Positions 37,184-46,903 of a stretch of DNA of 64,000 nt are shown here, in pieces. Positions within the stretch are counted from its first letter, which is position 1; the number at the start of each line of letters is the position of its first letter. Below the pieces are notes generated by a model, which was given only the letters and a program-made list of their open reading frames with translations, ran no database searches and was not told the DNA's origin. Source of the DNA: Bacillota bacterium (lineage in GTDB: Bacteria; Bacillota; Sulfobacillia; Sulfobacillales; Sulfobacillaceae); the NCBI GenBank assembly GCA_021806205.1, contig JAJZXX010000254.1, positions 7,120 through 71,119 on the forward strand. The letters run 5' to 3'. Position numbers and translations under genes: made by a program.

Positions 37184-38182
37184 TTATGGGTGCCAAGTCT
37201 GATAGATCACGTTGCCCATTTTTGGCAAATTTTGAGGGGTGACTATAATGGGTGGCGGCTGAACGCTACGCTTGATCAGCGATTTGTGGCCTCTAATCGC
37301 ATCTACCGCATACTGCATGGCCAATGCCCCCATGTGATAGGGTTGTTGCGCGATAAGTTCTTGGATAACCCCTTGTTTCATCAGCGTTACCTCTTGGGGT
37401 TCGGCGTCAATTGCGACCAACTTGATCTGACCTCTTTTGCCGACGGCCCGAATCGCCGTACCAACTCCCTGGCCCGTAAAACTGTCGACGGCAAAGATGC
37501 CTTTGAGCGTAGGGTGGGCTTTCATAAGATCGGTGGCGATAGCATCAGCTTTACTGCGAGAGTCTTGATCATATTGCATGGGCAGTGTGCTAATATTTGG
37601 CGCGTGCGACTTCATCCATGCGTAATATCCGGTTCCGCGATGAATGTCCGAGGTTAGCCCTGCTGACGAGTTGATCACAGCAGTAAGTCCCGTCCCTCCG
37701 ATGAGTGAGTTCATCGCTTTGGCGCCGTACCGAGATAGTTCCGTATTGCTGGTCGAGATAAAGGATAGGGCGTAAGGCGTGTTATTCATGTCAGCCTGAG
37801 TTTGGTTGACAATAATCACGGGGATATGAGCAGCATGAGCCTGCTGCAATTCGGGTTGAAGTGCGGTGCCACTGTCTGCTGACAAAATAATGGCATTCAC
37901 GTGGCGGGCAATCATGTCCTGTATCAGTGGTGCCTGCTGTTCGTAGTCAAACGTGGACGGGGCGTTTTCGATGAGTTTTACCCCTAGCTTCTTCGCCTCT
38001 ACATAGGCGCCATGCCATGCTGTCAAAAAATACGGGTCAATATTGTCGCCATTAATGAACGCGACGGTATACGCTTTCTTGGTGTGGCTGGTCGATGCTG
38101 ATGACGTGCCACAGGCGCTAATTACGGCCGTTGATGAAACTGCGATTGCCGCACCGAGAATTTTCTTGCTTAACGAGGACAT
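37184..38182 (-). CDS. Sugar ABC transporter substrate-binding lipoprotein (RbsB-like)
   Basis: Lipobox ISAC; periplasmic-binding-protein motifs DPYF and IAQQPY.MG. Confidence 0.9.
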   Translation of the reverse strand: MSSLSKKILGAAIAVSSTAVISACGTSSASTSHTKKAYTVAFINGDNIDPYFLTAWHGAYVEAKKLGVKLIENAPSTFDYEQQAPLIQDMIARHVNAIILSADSGTALQPELQQAHAAHIPVIIVNQTQADMNNTPYALSFISTSNTELSRYGAKAMNSLIGGTGLTAVINSSAGLTSDIHRGTGYYAWMKSHAPNISTLPMQYDQDSRSKADAIATDLMKAHPTLKGIFAVDSFTGQGVGTAIRAVGKRGQIKLVAIDAEPQEVTLMKQGVIQELIAQQPYHMGALAMQYAVDAIRGHKSLIKRSVQPPPIIVTPQNLPKMGNVIYQTWHP

Positions 38183-38248
38183 AGTAATTCATCTCTCCTT
38201 ATCAAGGGTGTGAGACTCTTATACCGAAACTCATCGCTAGATACTTAC

Positions 38249-39418
38249 TCAGATGTCTAAGCCAACCTGCCCGCTAGATCGTGTGGAAGTTGTGAGACTG
38301 GCATTTATTTGCAATAGCCCAGCACCAATGCTAGCGGCAGGACGAACTACGGCATTCTGTACGGAGATGGGCCTAAGATGCCGGACAAATCCGCCTTGTT
38401 GTAGTGCGCTGTTCAAGGTCGGGATAACATGGCCGCTAATTGCTTCCCCCTGGGGACCGCCGATGATGACTACCTCGGGCTCCATGACGTTAACGATGTC
38501 AACTGTTGCTTGTGCTAAGAACCGTAAGCCTGGCTTCCACTGATCCCAATGGGGTGAGGTTTTGGTTTGTAGTAACTGAGCAAACTGCTCAACCGACAGA
38601 TTGGCGTTAGAAGCTGCTCGACCGAGCGACCATACGGATTCTAGGCATCCTTGCCTGCCGCAATCGCAGGCTGGTTCCTGAGCTACCTTCACGTGCCCGA
38701 TTTCACCAGCGTTTCCTAAGAAACCGGTCCAGATTCGGTTGTCAATGACCAGCGCCCCTCCAATTCCGGCCGAAAAATATAAATAGAACAGGGACGACGG
38801 TGCTTCCGCGTTGAGTGCCCACACTTCGGCCAGGGCCGCAGCATGGCTATCTTTAATCAAGGTCACTGGACAATTCATGAGTTCGTTCAGTCGTTGTTGC
38901 ACCGGAACAAATGCCCATCCTGGGAAATTTGGCGGGTGGGATATAGCTCCATATCTGAAGTCGATTGGTCCAGGAGAGGCAATACCTAAACCAGCGAATC
39001 GTGACAAAGGCACATCAGCCTGTTTTAGGAATTCCTGGGTGAGAGTTGCAATATGCCTTAAGACGGTATCCGGATGGATGGATGACGAGGATTCCGCCGT
39101 GTGCGCCAGGCTGTTTCCTTCCAGATCTATCAGATTAAGCTCAAAGCCAGTGCGGTCTAATAGTATCCCAACAGCATAGAGCCCTCTTGGATTAATTTTG
39201 ATCGACTCCGCCCGTTTACCTGCCGATTGATTGACGAGACCGTCGCTGACAACTAGATTCATGTCGAAAAGCTCGCTCACGATATTTGACACTGTCTGAA
39301 AGGAAAGGTCGGTTTGTTGTGTCAGTTGCCGACGCGTTGTGGATCCAGCGTGGCGAATGGTGCGGAATACCGTGCGCTGATTGGCGTAACGGAAAGCTTC
39401 GTCTTGTGGAAATGCCAT
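38249..39418 (-). CDS. ROK family transcriptional regulator
   Basis: N-terminal HTH, GIGGA and GEIGH..CDCGRQGCLE motifs. Confidence 0.92.
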   Translation of the reverse strand: MAFPQDEAFRYANQRTVFRTIRHAGSTTRRQLTQQTDLSFQTVSNIVSELFDMNLVVSDGLVNQSAGKRAESIKINPRGLYAVGILLDRTGFELNLIDLEGNSLAHTAESSSSIHPDTVLRHIATLTQEFLKQADVPLSRFAGLGIASPGPIDFRYGAISHPPNFPGWAFVPVQQRLNELMNCPVTLIKDSHAAALAEVWALNAEAPSSLFYLYFSAGIGGALVIDNRIWTGFLGNAGEIGHVKVAQEPACDCGRQGCLESVWSLGRAASNANLSVEQFAQLLQTKTSPHWDQWKPGLRFLAQATVDIVNVMEPEVVIIGGPQGEAISGHVIPTLNSALQQGGFVRHLRPISVQNAVVRPAASIGAGLLQINASLTTSTRSSGQVGLDI

Positions 39419-39614
39419 TGTAACCTCTCCTGAGCTAAGAGACTTATCTTTCTAGTCAAACAATAACAGTAATAGTTATATTAGTCAATAGAGTGTGATA
39501 TATTCTAATCGCTTTAATTATGATGTATGAGAGTATAGTCCGATAGCTACTATTGGAGGGCTCACCATATTTAGAGATTCTGGGGCGTGGTTCTCAATAG
39601 AAAGGGGGTGGAGT

Positions 39615-40526
39615 GTGAACCGTCTCTGCACCTTTGAACGTGCGATGATGGGCAGTGGTGCAAAGTTGCGGATTCATGCCGTTATCGGATCCCGAGGAGC
39701 GATGCTGGTGGATACGGCTATGCGGGGCTATGAGTCATTGGTAAAGGAGGCTGTAACCAGTGTGGGTCGGCTGGGCCGAGACGTCACATGGATTGTTAAT
39801 ACGCATGCGCACCATGATCACATGGGACTCAATTCGTTTGCTCAAAAGCTTACGGGGGCACGCATCGCGGCCCATGTGCATGGTCGCGCCTGGATTAGGG
39901 ACCCCTTGATTAATTACCGAGAATTTGTACTGCAATTTCCCGATCTCATCAAGGACACACCCGCAACCCGTGAAGAGGTTTTCAATACCTTAGGAGAGGG
40001 AACCGAACTCGATATGGGCATTAAAGGAGGCGAGCACTTTTATTTGGGCGATACCGATGTCGAAGTGGTGAGCCTTCCGGGGCACGTCTTGGGGGAAGTT
40101 GGCCTTCTTGTTAGGGAGGACCACACGCTGATTTTGGGTGACGTGTTGATTGGGCTGGATCTTCCCATGTTCCACGGATACGTTCACCCGGTCGCATACC
40201 GACAATCCCTTCAACGCCTACGCGAATTAGTTGCGTCGGGAGCCGTTCGCCACGTGGTCACAAGTCACTTGCCCGCTATAGAAGGATCGCAAGGTATCAT
40301 TGGTATGGTTGACGAGCGACTGTGCGAGGTGTCTAGTATCGAGTCGCTTATTCTGGAGATGCTCAATCGCGGTCCTACGAGCGTTGAAGACATCTGGTTA
40401 TTTGTTTCGCAGGCCAAACACAAACGCGCCGAGTTTCGGGGATTGGCGATGGTTCAAGGGCATCTGGAGGATCTCACAGCACAGATGCGTATTGTCCGGG
40501 AGCATGGTCGGTATTGCCTAGCATAA
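39615..40526 (+). CDS. Metallo-beta-lactamase fold hydrolase (possible lactonase)
   Basis: THAHHDH, PGH and GD motifs. Confidence 0.85.
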   Translation: MNRLCTFERAMMGSGAKLRIHAVIGSRGAMLVDTAMRGYESLVKEAVTSVGRLGRDVTWIVNTHAHHDHMGLNSFAQKLTGARIAAHVHGRAWIRDPLINYREFVLQFPDLIKDTPATREEVFNTLGEGTELDMGIKGGEHFYLGDTDVEVVSLPGHVLGEVGLLVREDHTLILGDVLIGLDLPMFHGYVHPVAYRQSLQRLRELVASGAVRHVVTSHLPAIEGSQGIIGMVDERLCEVSSIESLILEMLNRGPTSVEDIWLFVSQAKHKRAEFRGLAMVQGHLEDLTAQMRIVREHGRYCLA

Positions 40527-40571
40527 CAGTGTTATCCCACATCACTTAAGAAGAAGGGCGGGGCGGATTCC

Positions 40572-41315
40572 ATGGAAGCGTGGGTAGTCGGCGGAACATC
40601 AGGTATTGGTGCGGCCGTGGTTGAAGCATTGAAAGATCGCGGGGTGAGGGCTCTGATCATGTCCGAGGATGTTGATGCCGGACCTCGCTACCATGAGCGT
40701 AGTCAGCATTTTGAATTACTAGACCTCGCCGCTCCGCTTGAAAGGGTGGGCTCACGCGCACAACAATTGCTAGAGCAGTATGGGCTTCCTATTTATCTCT
40801 TTGTATCGGCTGGTTTGACTCGGGAGATCGCTGCGATAGACACGTCTGAAGCCGATTGGATGTTATTGGCACATGTCAATCTTTTGGGGATTGCACAACT
40901 TTGCAATACGGTAGCACGAGCATGGCGCGATGACCCGCAAGATGAGTGGCAGCGCCACATCGTGATACTGGGGTCGGCTAACGCCATGCGGCCGTTACCG
41001 TCCCAAGGTGCGTATAGTGTCATGAAAGCGGGCCTTCATGCTTATGCTAAGTGTCTAAGCAATGACGTGGCGGCGTCGCGCGTACGGGTTAATGTCGTAG
41101 TTCCAGGCGCCATTTGGACGCCCATGAATGAGCCACTATTTCCCGATAATCCTAGCGATCCTGGTCGTAGGCGCGTGGCTGAGTCTGCCCTGGCCGGACG
41201 ATGGGGGGATGCCAAAGAAGTGGCCGCCGTCGCGGTATGGACCGCTTTAGATAGCCCGTCATTTCTTATGGGAACAGAGGTAACGGTTGATGGCGGGTTC
41301 CTGGCAAAACGTTGA
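40572..41315 (+). CDS. SDR family oxidoreductase
   Basis: GGTSGIG, YSVMK and VDGG. Confidence 0.88.
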   Translation: MEAWVVGGTSGIGAAVVEALKDRGVRALIMSEDVDAGPRYHERSQHFELLDLAAPLERVGSRAQQLLEQYGLPIYLFVSAGLTREIAAIDTSEADWMLLAHVNLLGIAQLCNTVARAWRDDPQDEWQRHIVILGSANAMRPLPSQGAYSVMKAGLHAYAKCLSNDVAASRVRVNVVVPGAIWTPMNEPLFPDNPSDPGRRRVAESALAGRWGDAKEVAAVAVWTALDSPSFLMGTEVTVDGGFLAKR

Positions 41316-41339
41316 TCCGAAAATACACGATGTGAAAGG

Positions 41340-42359
41340 ATGATGATGGAGTTGATACGTCTGGCGGAGATTATTCCCGAATCACGACCCTCGGTTTTTT
41401 GGACCATGCTAAGGCAATTAGGCGTCACTGAAGCGGTCGGGGTGCTGCCTCGGAGCCCTATGGATTGGAGGCGGGTAACTATTGACAATCCCTGGGATTA
41501 CACGCCTTTGGCGGTCTATAAACAGATGGTGGAAGAGGAGGGTCTAACGCTTACAGCAATTGAAGATAATCCGCCCATGGATCGGCTTCGCTACGGCGTG
41601 GCGGGTGCCGAAGAGGAGTTTGACCAGGTTTGTCAGTTCGTGGAAAATCTCGGCAAACTGCAAATCCCTATTTGGTGCTACAATTGGGCGGCCGCCATTA
41701 ATTGGCAGAGAAGCTCCTCGCGAGTGCGTGGTCGGGGTGGTGCGATTGTGTCGGGATACGACCACAATCTGGTGGGCGCAAACCCGCCCCCATTGATGGG
41801 TCCCATTGATGCGGACACCTTGTGGCGTACCTTGGAGAATTTTTTGAAGCGCATCGTGCCGGTGGCCGAGAAAGCCGGCGTTAAGCTAGCCCTGCACCCT
41901 GATGATCCTCCGATATTACCGGAAATTCGGGGCGTTGCCCGTATTATGAATAATGTAGATGCGTTTTATCGCCTCATGGATCTGGTACCAAGTGAGGCAA
42001 ATGGTGTGACCTTATGCCAAGGGAACTTCACGTTAATGACATCGGATCTTCCGCTAGTCATTCACGAGTTAGGGAGCATGGGTCGTGTCTACTTTGTCCA
42101 CTTTCGTGATGTTCGAGGGACGCCGGAAAAGTTTGTGGAAACCTTCATTGACGAAGGCCAAACCGATATGGCGCAGTGTATGCGGGCATATCGGGATATA
42201 AGTTTTGACGGCATTATGCGAAGTGACCATACGCCGACGCTTGCGGGTGATGACGCCGAAGTGCCTGGATATTCAACCTATGGAAGACTTCATGCGATTG
42301 GATATATGGCCGGACTGAGAGACGCGGTGCTGTCGGAATCCCAGGGAACGGCGGTCTAG
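41340..42359 (+). CDS. uxuA: Mannonate dehydratase
   Basis: CYNW, LHPDDPP, FVHFRDV, DH.P and GRLHAIGY motifs. Confidence 0.88.
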   Translation: MMMELIRLAEIIPESRPSVFWTMLRQLGVTEAVGVLPRSPMDWRRVTIDNPWDYTPLAVYKQMVEEEGLTLTAIEDNPPMDRLRYGVAGAEEEFDQVCQFVENLGKLQIPIWCYNWAAAINWQRSSSRVRGRGGAIVSGYDHNLVGANPPPLMGPIDADTLWRTLENFLKRIVPVAEKAGVKLALHPDDPPILPEIRGVARIMNNVDAFYRLMDLVPSEANGVTLCQGNFTLMTSDLPLVIHELGSMGRVYFVHFRDVRGTPEKFVETFIDEGQTDMAQCMRAYRDISFDGIMRSDHTPTLAGDDAEVPGYSTYGRLHAIGYMAGLRDAVLSESQGTAV

Positions 42360-42414
42360 CCTTTTATCACCTTTTGGGGATGGTTCAAGGATGGAGATTG
42401 CCGGGACAGGGGGG

Positions 42415-43866
42415 ATGATCTTGAGTTACTTGGGCGTCGATGTGGGCACCTCATCCATCAAGGTGGGGTTGTTGGAGGACGACGGTTCGTGGATCGTCAA
42501 GTCGGCACCCGTAGCGGGAGCCGATGAATCGTTGCGGACTGGGCTTATGGATCCAGAGCAGTGGTGGGCTGCAACGGTGGATGCCCTCCAAATTTTAGGT
42601 AGAGAGCGATCATTGAATGACGTGCAAGCGGTAGCAGCCATCGGCAATACACCAACCTTGATTTTGGTGGGCGAGCGCGGAGTGCCGGTTTATCCTGCGC
42701 TGTTGTGGAGCGATACGCGTGCCAGCGAGGAAGCCCAGATACTAAGCGGGCAGCGAGAGTCATCTCAATGGGAAAATATCTACGGGGGATTTATACCGAT
42801 TTCGGCTGCCTATCCCTCGGCAAAATTGCTATGGCTTCTCCGGCATGAACCTGGTGTGGTTTCCCGGGCTAGACAAATTCTTCAACCCAAGGACTTTATC
42901 AATTATCGGTTGACGCGTGTGATGGCGAGTGATCATTGGAGCGCCAAAGGCATCGTAAGCATCGGTCGCGATAAGGACACTAGGCCACTGGAAGTGCTTG
43001 GCTTGGATCCGTCGCTAGCCCCGCACTGCTTTCGCCCTATCGACGTAATTGGGGCAATAACTGGTGAGGTAAGTGATAAAACTGGCCTCGCGCGCGGGAT
43101 CCCGGTTATGGCCGGGTGGAGTGATACCTTGGGAGCCGTACTGTCGATGGGACTTAGCGAGGAAGAAGGTTTCATTTTAAGCGGAACCTCGGAAAGTATT
43201 GGTGTCATCACGCGCCAGGCCCCGTTAGAAACGCATGCGACGTTATGTGCGCCGGTCTGGGACAGCGGGTTATATATTGTTTATGGGCCTACATCAACTG
43301 GCATGTCTACGATTCGATGGGCCGATTCGCTGTGTAAAGGTGTTGTTGAAACTCCGACCGACTTGCCATTTGAAACCAAAGGGCCTATTTTTGTGCCATT
43401 TATCATGGGGCAGAGGAGTCCTTTGTGGAACGATGAGGTGCGTGGTGCGTGGTTCAATGTTGACATTCACACCAGGCCGGGTCAATTGTACGATGCCGTC
43501 GTCGAGGGTGTTGCGGCGTCAGAGCGTGACGTACTTGATGCGGTCCAGCACCTTATGGGCATCCGGTGTCGTCGGATTGTGGTAGCGGGCGGGGGAAGTG
43601 GGTTAGAGCGATTGAATCAATGGCGTTCTGCCATCTTTGAACTGCCTCTGACAGAGGTGGCGGGCGAACCGGTACTCGGTGCCAGCTTGCTGGCATACTG
43701 GGGGAAGCATCCCCATGAGTTCCCAGCCCGAATGGCCGAGCGGCCAACCAGACGTGTCTTGCCTTTAAGCCCTTCGGCCCAAGGTCGTTATCAAACATAC
43801 CTTCAAGCTCGTGCTGCGGTCATTGCCTACACCGAGGAAGTGAAGGGAGCGTTCCCCTATGCCTGA
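42415..43866 (+). CDS. FGGY family carbohydrate kinase (xylulokinase-like)
   Basis: GVDVGTSSIK, WSDTRA, QPKDFI, SGTS and GQRSPLW motifs. Confidence 0.9.
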   Translation: MILSYLGVDVGTSSIKVGLLEDDGSWIVKSAPVAGADESLRTGLMDPEQWWAATVDALQILGRERSLNDVQAVAAIGNTPTLILVGERGVPVYPALLWSDTRASEEAQILSGQRESSQWENIYGGFIPISAAYPSAKLLWLLRHEPGVVSRARQILQPKDFINYRLTRVMASDHWSAKGIVSIGRDKDTRPLEVLGLDPSLAPHCFRPIDVIGAITGEVSDKTGLARGIPVMAGWSDTLGAVLSMGLSEEEGFILSGTSESIGVITRQAPLETHATLCAPVWDSGLYIVYGPTSTGMSTIRWADSLCKGVVETPTDLPFETKGPIFVPFIMGQRSPLWNDEVRGAWFNVDIHTRPGQLYDAVVEGVAASERDVLDAVQHLMGIRCRRIVVAGGGSGLERLNQWRSAIFELPLTEVAGEPVLGASLLAYWGKHPHEFPARMAERPTRRVLPLSPSAQGRYQTYLQARAAVIAYTEEVKGAFPYA

Positions 43867-44479
43867 CGTATTTGACCGGATGAAGAATCAGCGGATAGTG
43901 CCCGTCATTCGATCCAGGTCTCGTGATGGGGTGCTGGCGATGGTGGGTGCGCTGGCTGAGGCCGGCCTATCCGTTATTGAATTGACTACGACGATTCCCA
44001 ACGTGTTTTCCCTAATTGTCGAATCTCGCAGACTTTTTCCGGAGATCGCGATTGGATTGGGAACGGTGCGCCGTATCGATCAGGCTCAGCGTGCGGTCGA
44101 TGCAGGTGCATCCGTACTGATTACCTACAAGGCATCGGAATCGTTAGCCCTCTTCGGAAAGAGTCACGGTATTCCATACATTTTGGGTGCGGCTACGCCC
44201 ACGGAGGTAGATCATTGCTTGGAGTGGGGAAGTCCTCTCATCAAATGGTTTCCTGCCAGCGTGCATGGACCGCAAATTCTTCGGGATCTACTTGGTCCGA
44301 TACCTGAGGCTCAGTTTTTTCCGACAGGCGGGATTGCGTTGGAATCCGTGCCCAATTGGCTGGCCGCAGGTGCGGTGGCTGTGGGAGTGGGCAGTGATTT
44401 GCTGAAAGACGGGAGGGATCTTCATGAACTAACGACCCGAACCAGACTCGCGATACAACAAACGAAGCTTTACCATTAA
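43859..44479 (+). CDS. eda: KDPG/KHG aldolase family protein
   Basis: PVIR, IELT, TPTE, K.FPA and PTGGI motifs. Confidence 0.85.
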   Translation: MPDVFDRMKNQRIVPVIRSRSRDGVLAMVGALAEAGLSVIELTTTIPNVFSLIVESRRLFPEIAIGLGTVRRIDQAQRAVDAGASVLITYKASESLALFGKSHGIPYILGAATPTEVDHCLEWGSPLIKWFPASVHGPQILRDLLGPIPEAQFFPTGGIALESVPNWLAAGAVAVGVGSDLLKDGRDLHELTTRTRLAIQQTKLYH

Positions 44480-44550
44480 ACAATATTAGAGGGAGACCCC
44501 AAGGCGGGGGCTGCACCCACAGGCATGAAAATATTTCTCAACGGAGAGGA

Positions 44551-45543
44551 ATGGATCAGATGCGTGGTTTGCAAATCAGGGGTCCGAATGACGTCGACAT
44601 TGCCGAGATCCCCATGGAGACCATGGGTAGCAACCGGGTACGAGTTCATGTGGACTTGGTAGGACTGTGTGGTACGGACTTTGCCTTAACGTCTGGGACG
44701 TTAGGCTTGAATACCCTACCCGTAGTGCCCGGGCATGAAGTGGTTGGAACGGTCAAGGAGTCAAGCAGTTCCCAGTTTATCGTAGGCGACATGGTCGTGC
44801 TAGACCCTTTGATGAACTGTGGAACTTGTTGGGCCTGTCTTAAGGATCGGCCCCAATGGTGCAGTCAGGTTGGAGTGGTGGGGGTGGTTCGTAATGGGGG
44901 TGCCTGTGAGGAGCTTGTATTGCCTTCGCATCAATGGATAGTCTTGCCTCCTGGGGTGTCTCTCGAGGCCGCAGTGCTCATCGAACCCGTTCACGTGGCT
45001 CAAACGGTGTTAGACGTGGCGGGTTCAGTAGTACCTGAACACGTTCTCGTGATTGGCACGGGTGCTCTGGGCCTGATTATTATTGAGTCCCTTCAGCACC
45101 AGTGGCCACACGCTCGTATTGTCGCTTACGACGCTGTGGCTGAGCATCTGGACCATGCGCTAACCATAGGTGCAATGCGGTTAGAGGACAAGGACAGTGG
45201 ATCATTTGAACTTGTCATCGATGGGGTGGGTGCGTTGGCGTCCATGGAGCTTGCGGGCACGGCGGTCCGGCCGGGTGGTCACATCGTCGTGTATGGCGTC
45301 CCTAAAGCTCATGTCAGCATTCCAAAGGCTGACGTGTTGTTCCGAAAAAATGTGGCGGTCAGTTTCAGCCGTCTTTACAGTCACGATTTCGATCACGCCG
45401 TGAAGTGGGTTGCAGACGGCATTATCAGACCCGAAGAAATTGTCTGCGACCGATTGAGCTTGGATGAAGCGGCGGTATTTTTATCGGAGTCCCGCTGGAA
45501 TCGGCCGGAACGTTGGGGCAAAACCCTCATTCAGATGAACTAG
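44551..45543 (+). CDS. Zn-dependent alcohol/sugar dehydrogenase (MDR)
   Basis: CGTD, GHE, CxxCxxC..C and GTGALG. Confidence 0.9.
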   Translation: MDQMRGLQIRGPNDVDIAEIPMETMGSNRVRVHVDLVGLCGTDFALTSGTLGLNTLPVVPGHEVVGTVKESSSSQFIVGDMVVLDPLMNCGTCWACLKDRPQWCSQVGVVGVVRNGGACEELVLPSHQWIVLPPGVSLEAAVLIEPVHVAQTVLDVAGSVVPEHVLVIGTGALGLIIIESLQHQWPHARIVAYDAVAEHLDHALTIGAMRLEDKDSGSFELVIDGVGALASMELAGTAVRPGGHIVVYGVPKAHVSIPKADVLFRKNVAVSFSRLYSHDFDHAVKWVADGIIRPEEIVCDRLSLDEAAVFLSESRWNRPERWGKTLIQMN

Positions 45544-45609
45544 ATCTCCATGGGGCAGTGCCGAGGCGCTTTTGCCAACATGTTCGGCGAACGTTAGGAG
45601 TGATTAGGG

Positions 45610-46368
45610 ATGACGACTAGTAGACCAGTAGTCATAGTGACCGGAGCTAGCCGCGGCATAGGCCGGGCTATTGCCTTCGACCTCGCGCAAAACGGGTATA
45701 CGGTGTGGTTAGTTGCCCGCGAAGAAGCCAGATTGGATCCGGTGGCGTCGGCGATTCGCCAAGCGGGTGGCCAGGCAGAGCAGTTTGGCATAGATCTCAC
45801 GCGAATAGAGCATGTTCCTGCGCTGATAAATGCGGTTATGACGAAGTCGGGGCGCATCGATGGCCTGGTGAATAATGCGGGTATGACTCGCCGCGGGAAA
45901 CTCACGGAGGTCACGCCCGAGGACTACGACGCCGTCATGGCCTTGAACGTGCGAAGCCTCCTGTTTCTGACTCAAGGGGTCCTATCGTCTATGCACAAAG
46001 GAGGAGCCATTGTTAATGTAGCCTCGTTGAATGCGTTTGACGTCATCAAGGGAGCGGGTTTATACGCGGCCAGTAAAGCCGCGGTTGTGCAGCTGACGCG
46101 CGGCTTAGCCATTGACGCGGCCGAACAAGGTGTGCGCGTCAACGCGATAGCTCCCGGGTTTATTCATACAGATTTTAATGCGGCATTATGGGAAAGAAGA
46201 GAGATGCGGGATTGGGTCGAAACCAACACCCCGCTGAGACGATTAGGAACTCCGGAAGATATTGTGGGTAGTGTTCGATTTCTTCTCGGTCGCGATAGTG
46301 CCTTCATCACCGGCGAAGTTCTGGTTGTGGATGGAGGGTTCCTACCGACTCGCATGTGGCCGCTGTAA
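45610..46368 (+). CDS. SDR family oxidoreductase (gluconate 5-dehydrogenase/KduD-like)
   Basis: TGASRGIG, NNAG and YAASK. Confidence 0.88.
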   Translation: MTTSRPVVIVTGASRGIGRAIAFDLAQNGYTVWLVAREEARLDPVASAIRQAGGQAEQFGIDLTRIEHVPALINAVMTKSGRIDGLVNNAGMTRRGKLTEVTPEDYDAVMALNVRSLLFLTQGVLSSMHKGGAIVNVASLNAFDVIKGAGLYAASKAAVVQLTRGLAIDAAEQGVRVNAIAPGFIHTDFNAALWERREMRDWVETNTPLRRLGTPEDIVGSVRFLLGRDSAFITGEVLVVDGGFLPTRMWPL

Positions 46369-46816
46369 CAATAGCCAGGACGCATCGATGCTCGGCAGTA
46401 CTCCATTGGCGATGGATCGGTTATCGTTGCAAAGAATTGGAATTGAACCCGTTTTGGTCCAATAGTTCGATTCACCCAGTTTCACAAGCACCAATAAGCC
46501 TGGCGAGCCCCGAGATTACAGGATTGATAAAGACCGACATGGATGTACGCGTGCCACTCGGAATCTTGACCTCGGACATCATGATAAGTAGCGTGGGCCC
46601 AACCCTGGCATAGATGGTCGGCCGCTTTAGCTTTCAGCGGGAGAGCGGGGATCCGAAAACTGGATTGCACGAATTGACCTACCACCCGGCGTGAAATCCT
46701 GGGTTGAACAACGCCTGTGTCCCCGCGATTCGACTTGACGGACGTCAAACCACCCTTCTTTCTTTTTTTATATTGAAGGGTTGTCTCTTCGTGCTCACTA
46801 TGCTAAATTGCTAACG

Positions 46817-46847
46817 TAATTGATAATCGTTTAATGATTATCAATTA
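46817..46847. promoter_or_regulatory. Perfect 12-bp inverted repeat operator TAATTGATAATC-N7-GATTATCAATTA
   Basis: Read directly in the AT-rich promoter region of the second ABC operon. Confidence 0.75.
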
Positions 46848-46903
46848 GACAGAAAATTATAAGCAGAGCGTCCGATAACCTTGCTATTGGGAGGATGTTC
46901 ATT

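Noticed and set aside
39450-39492. TAGTCAA direct repeat in the ROK divergent promoter
   Set aside because: Only 7 bp in AT-rich DNA; a plausible operator but too weak to call.
46440-46750. Possible degraded MFS transporter fragment on the minus strand (IYARVGPTLLIMMSEVKIPSGTRTSMSVFI...)
   Set aside because: Weak resemblance only; cannot be supported without a search.
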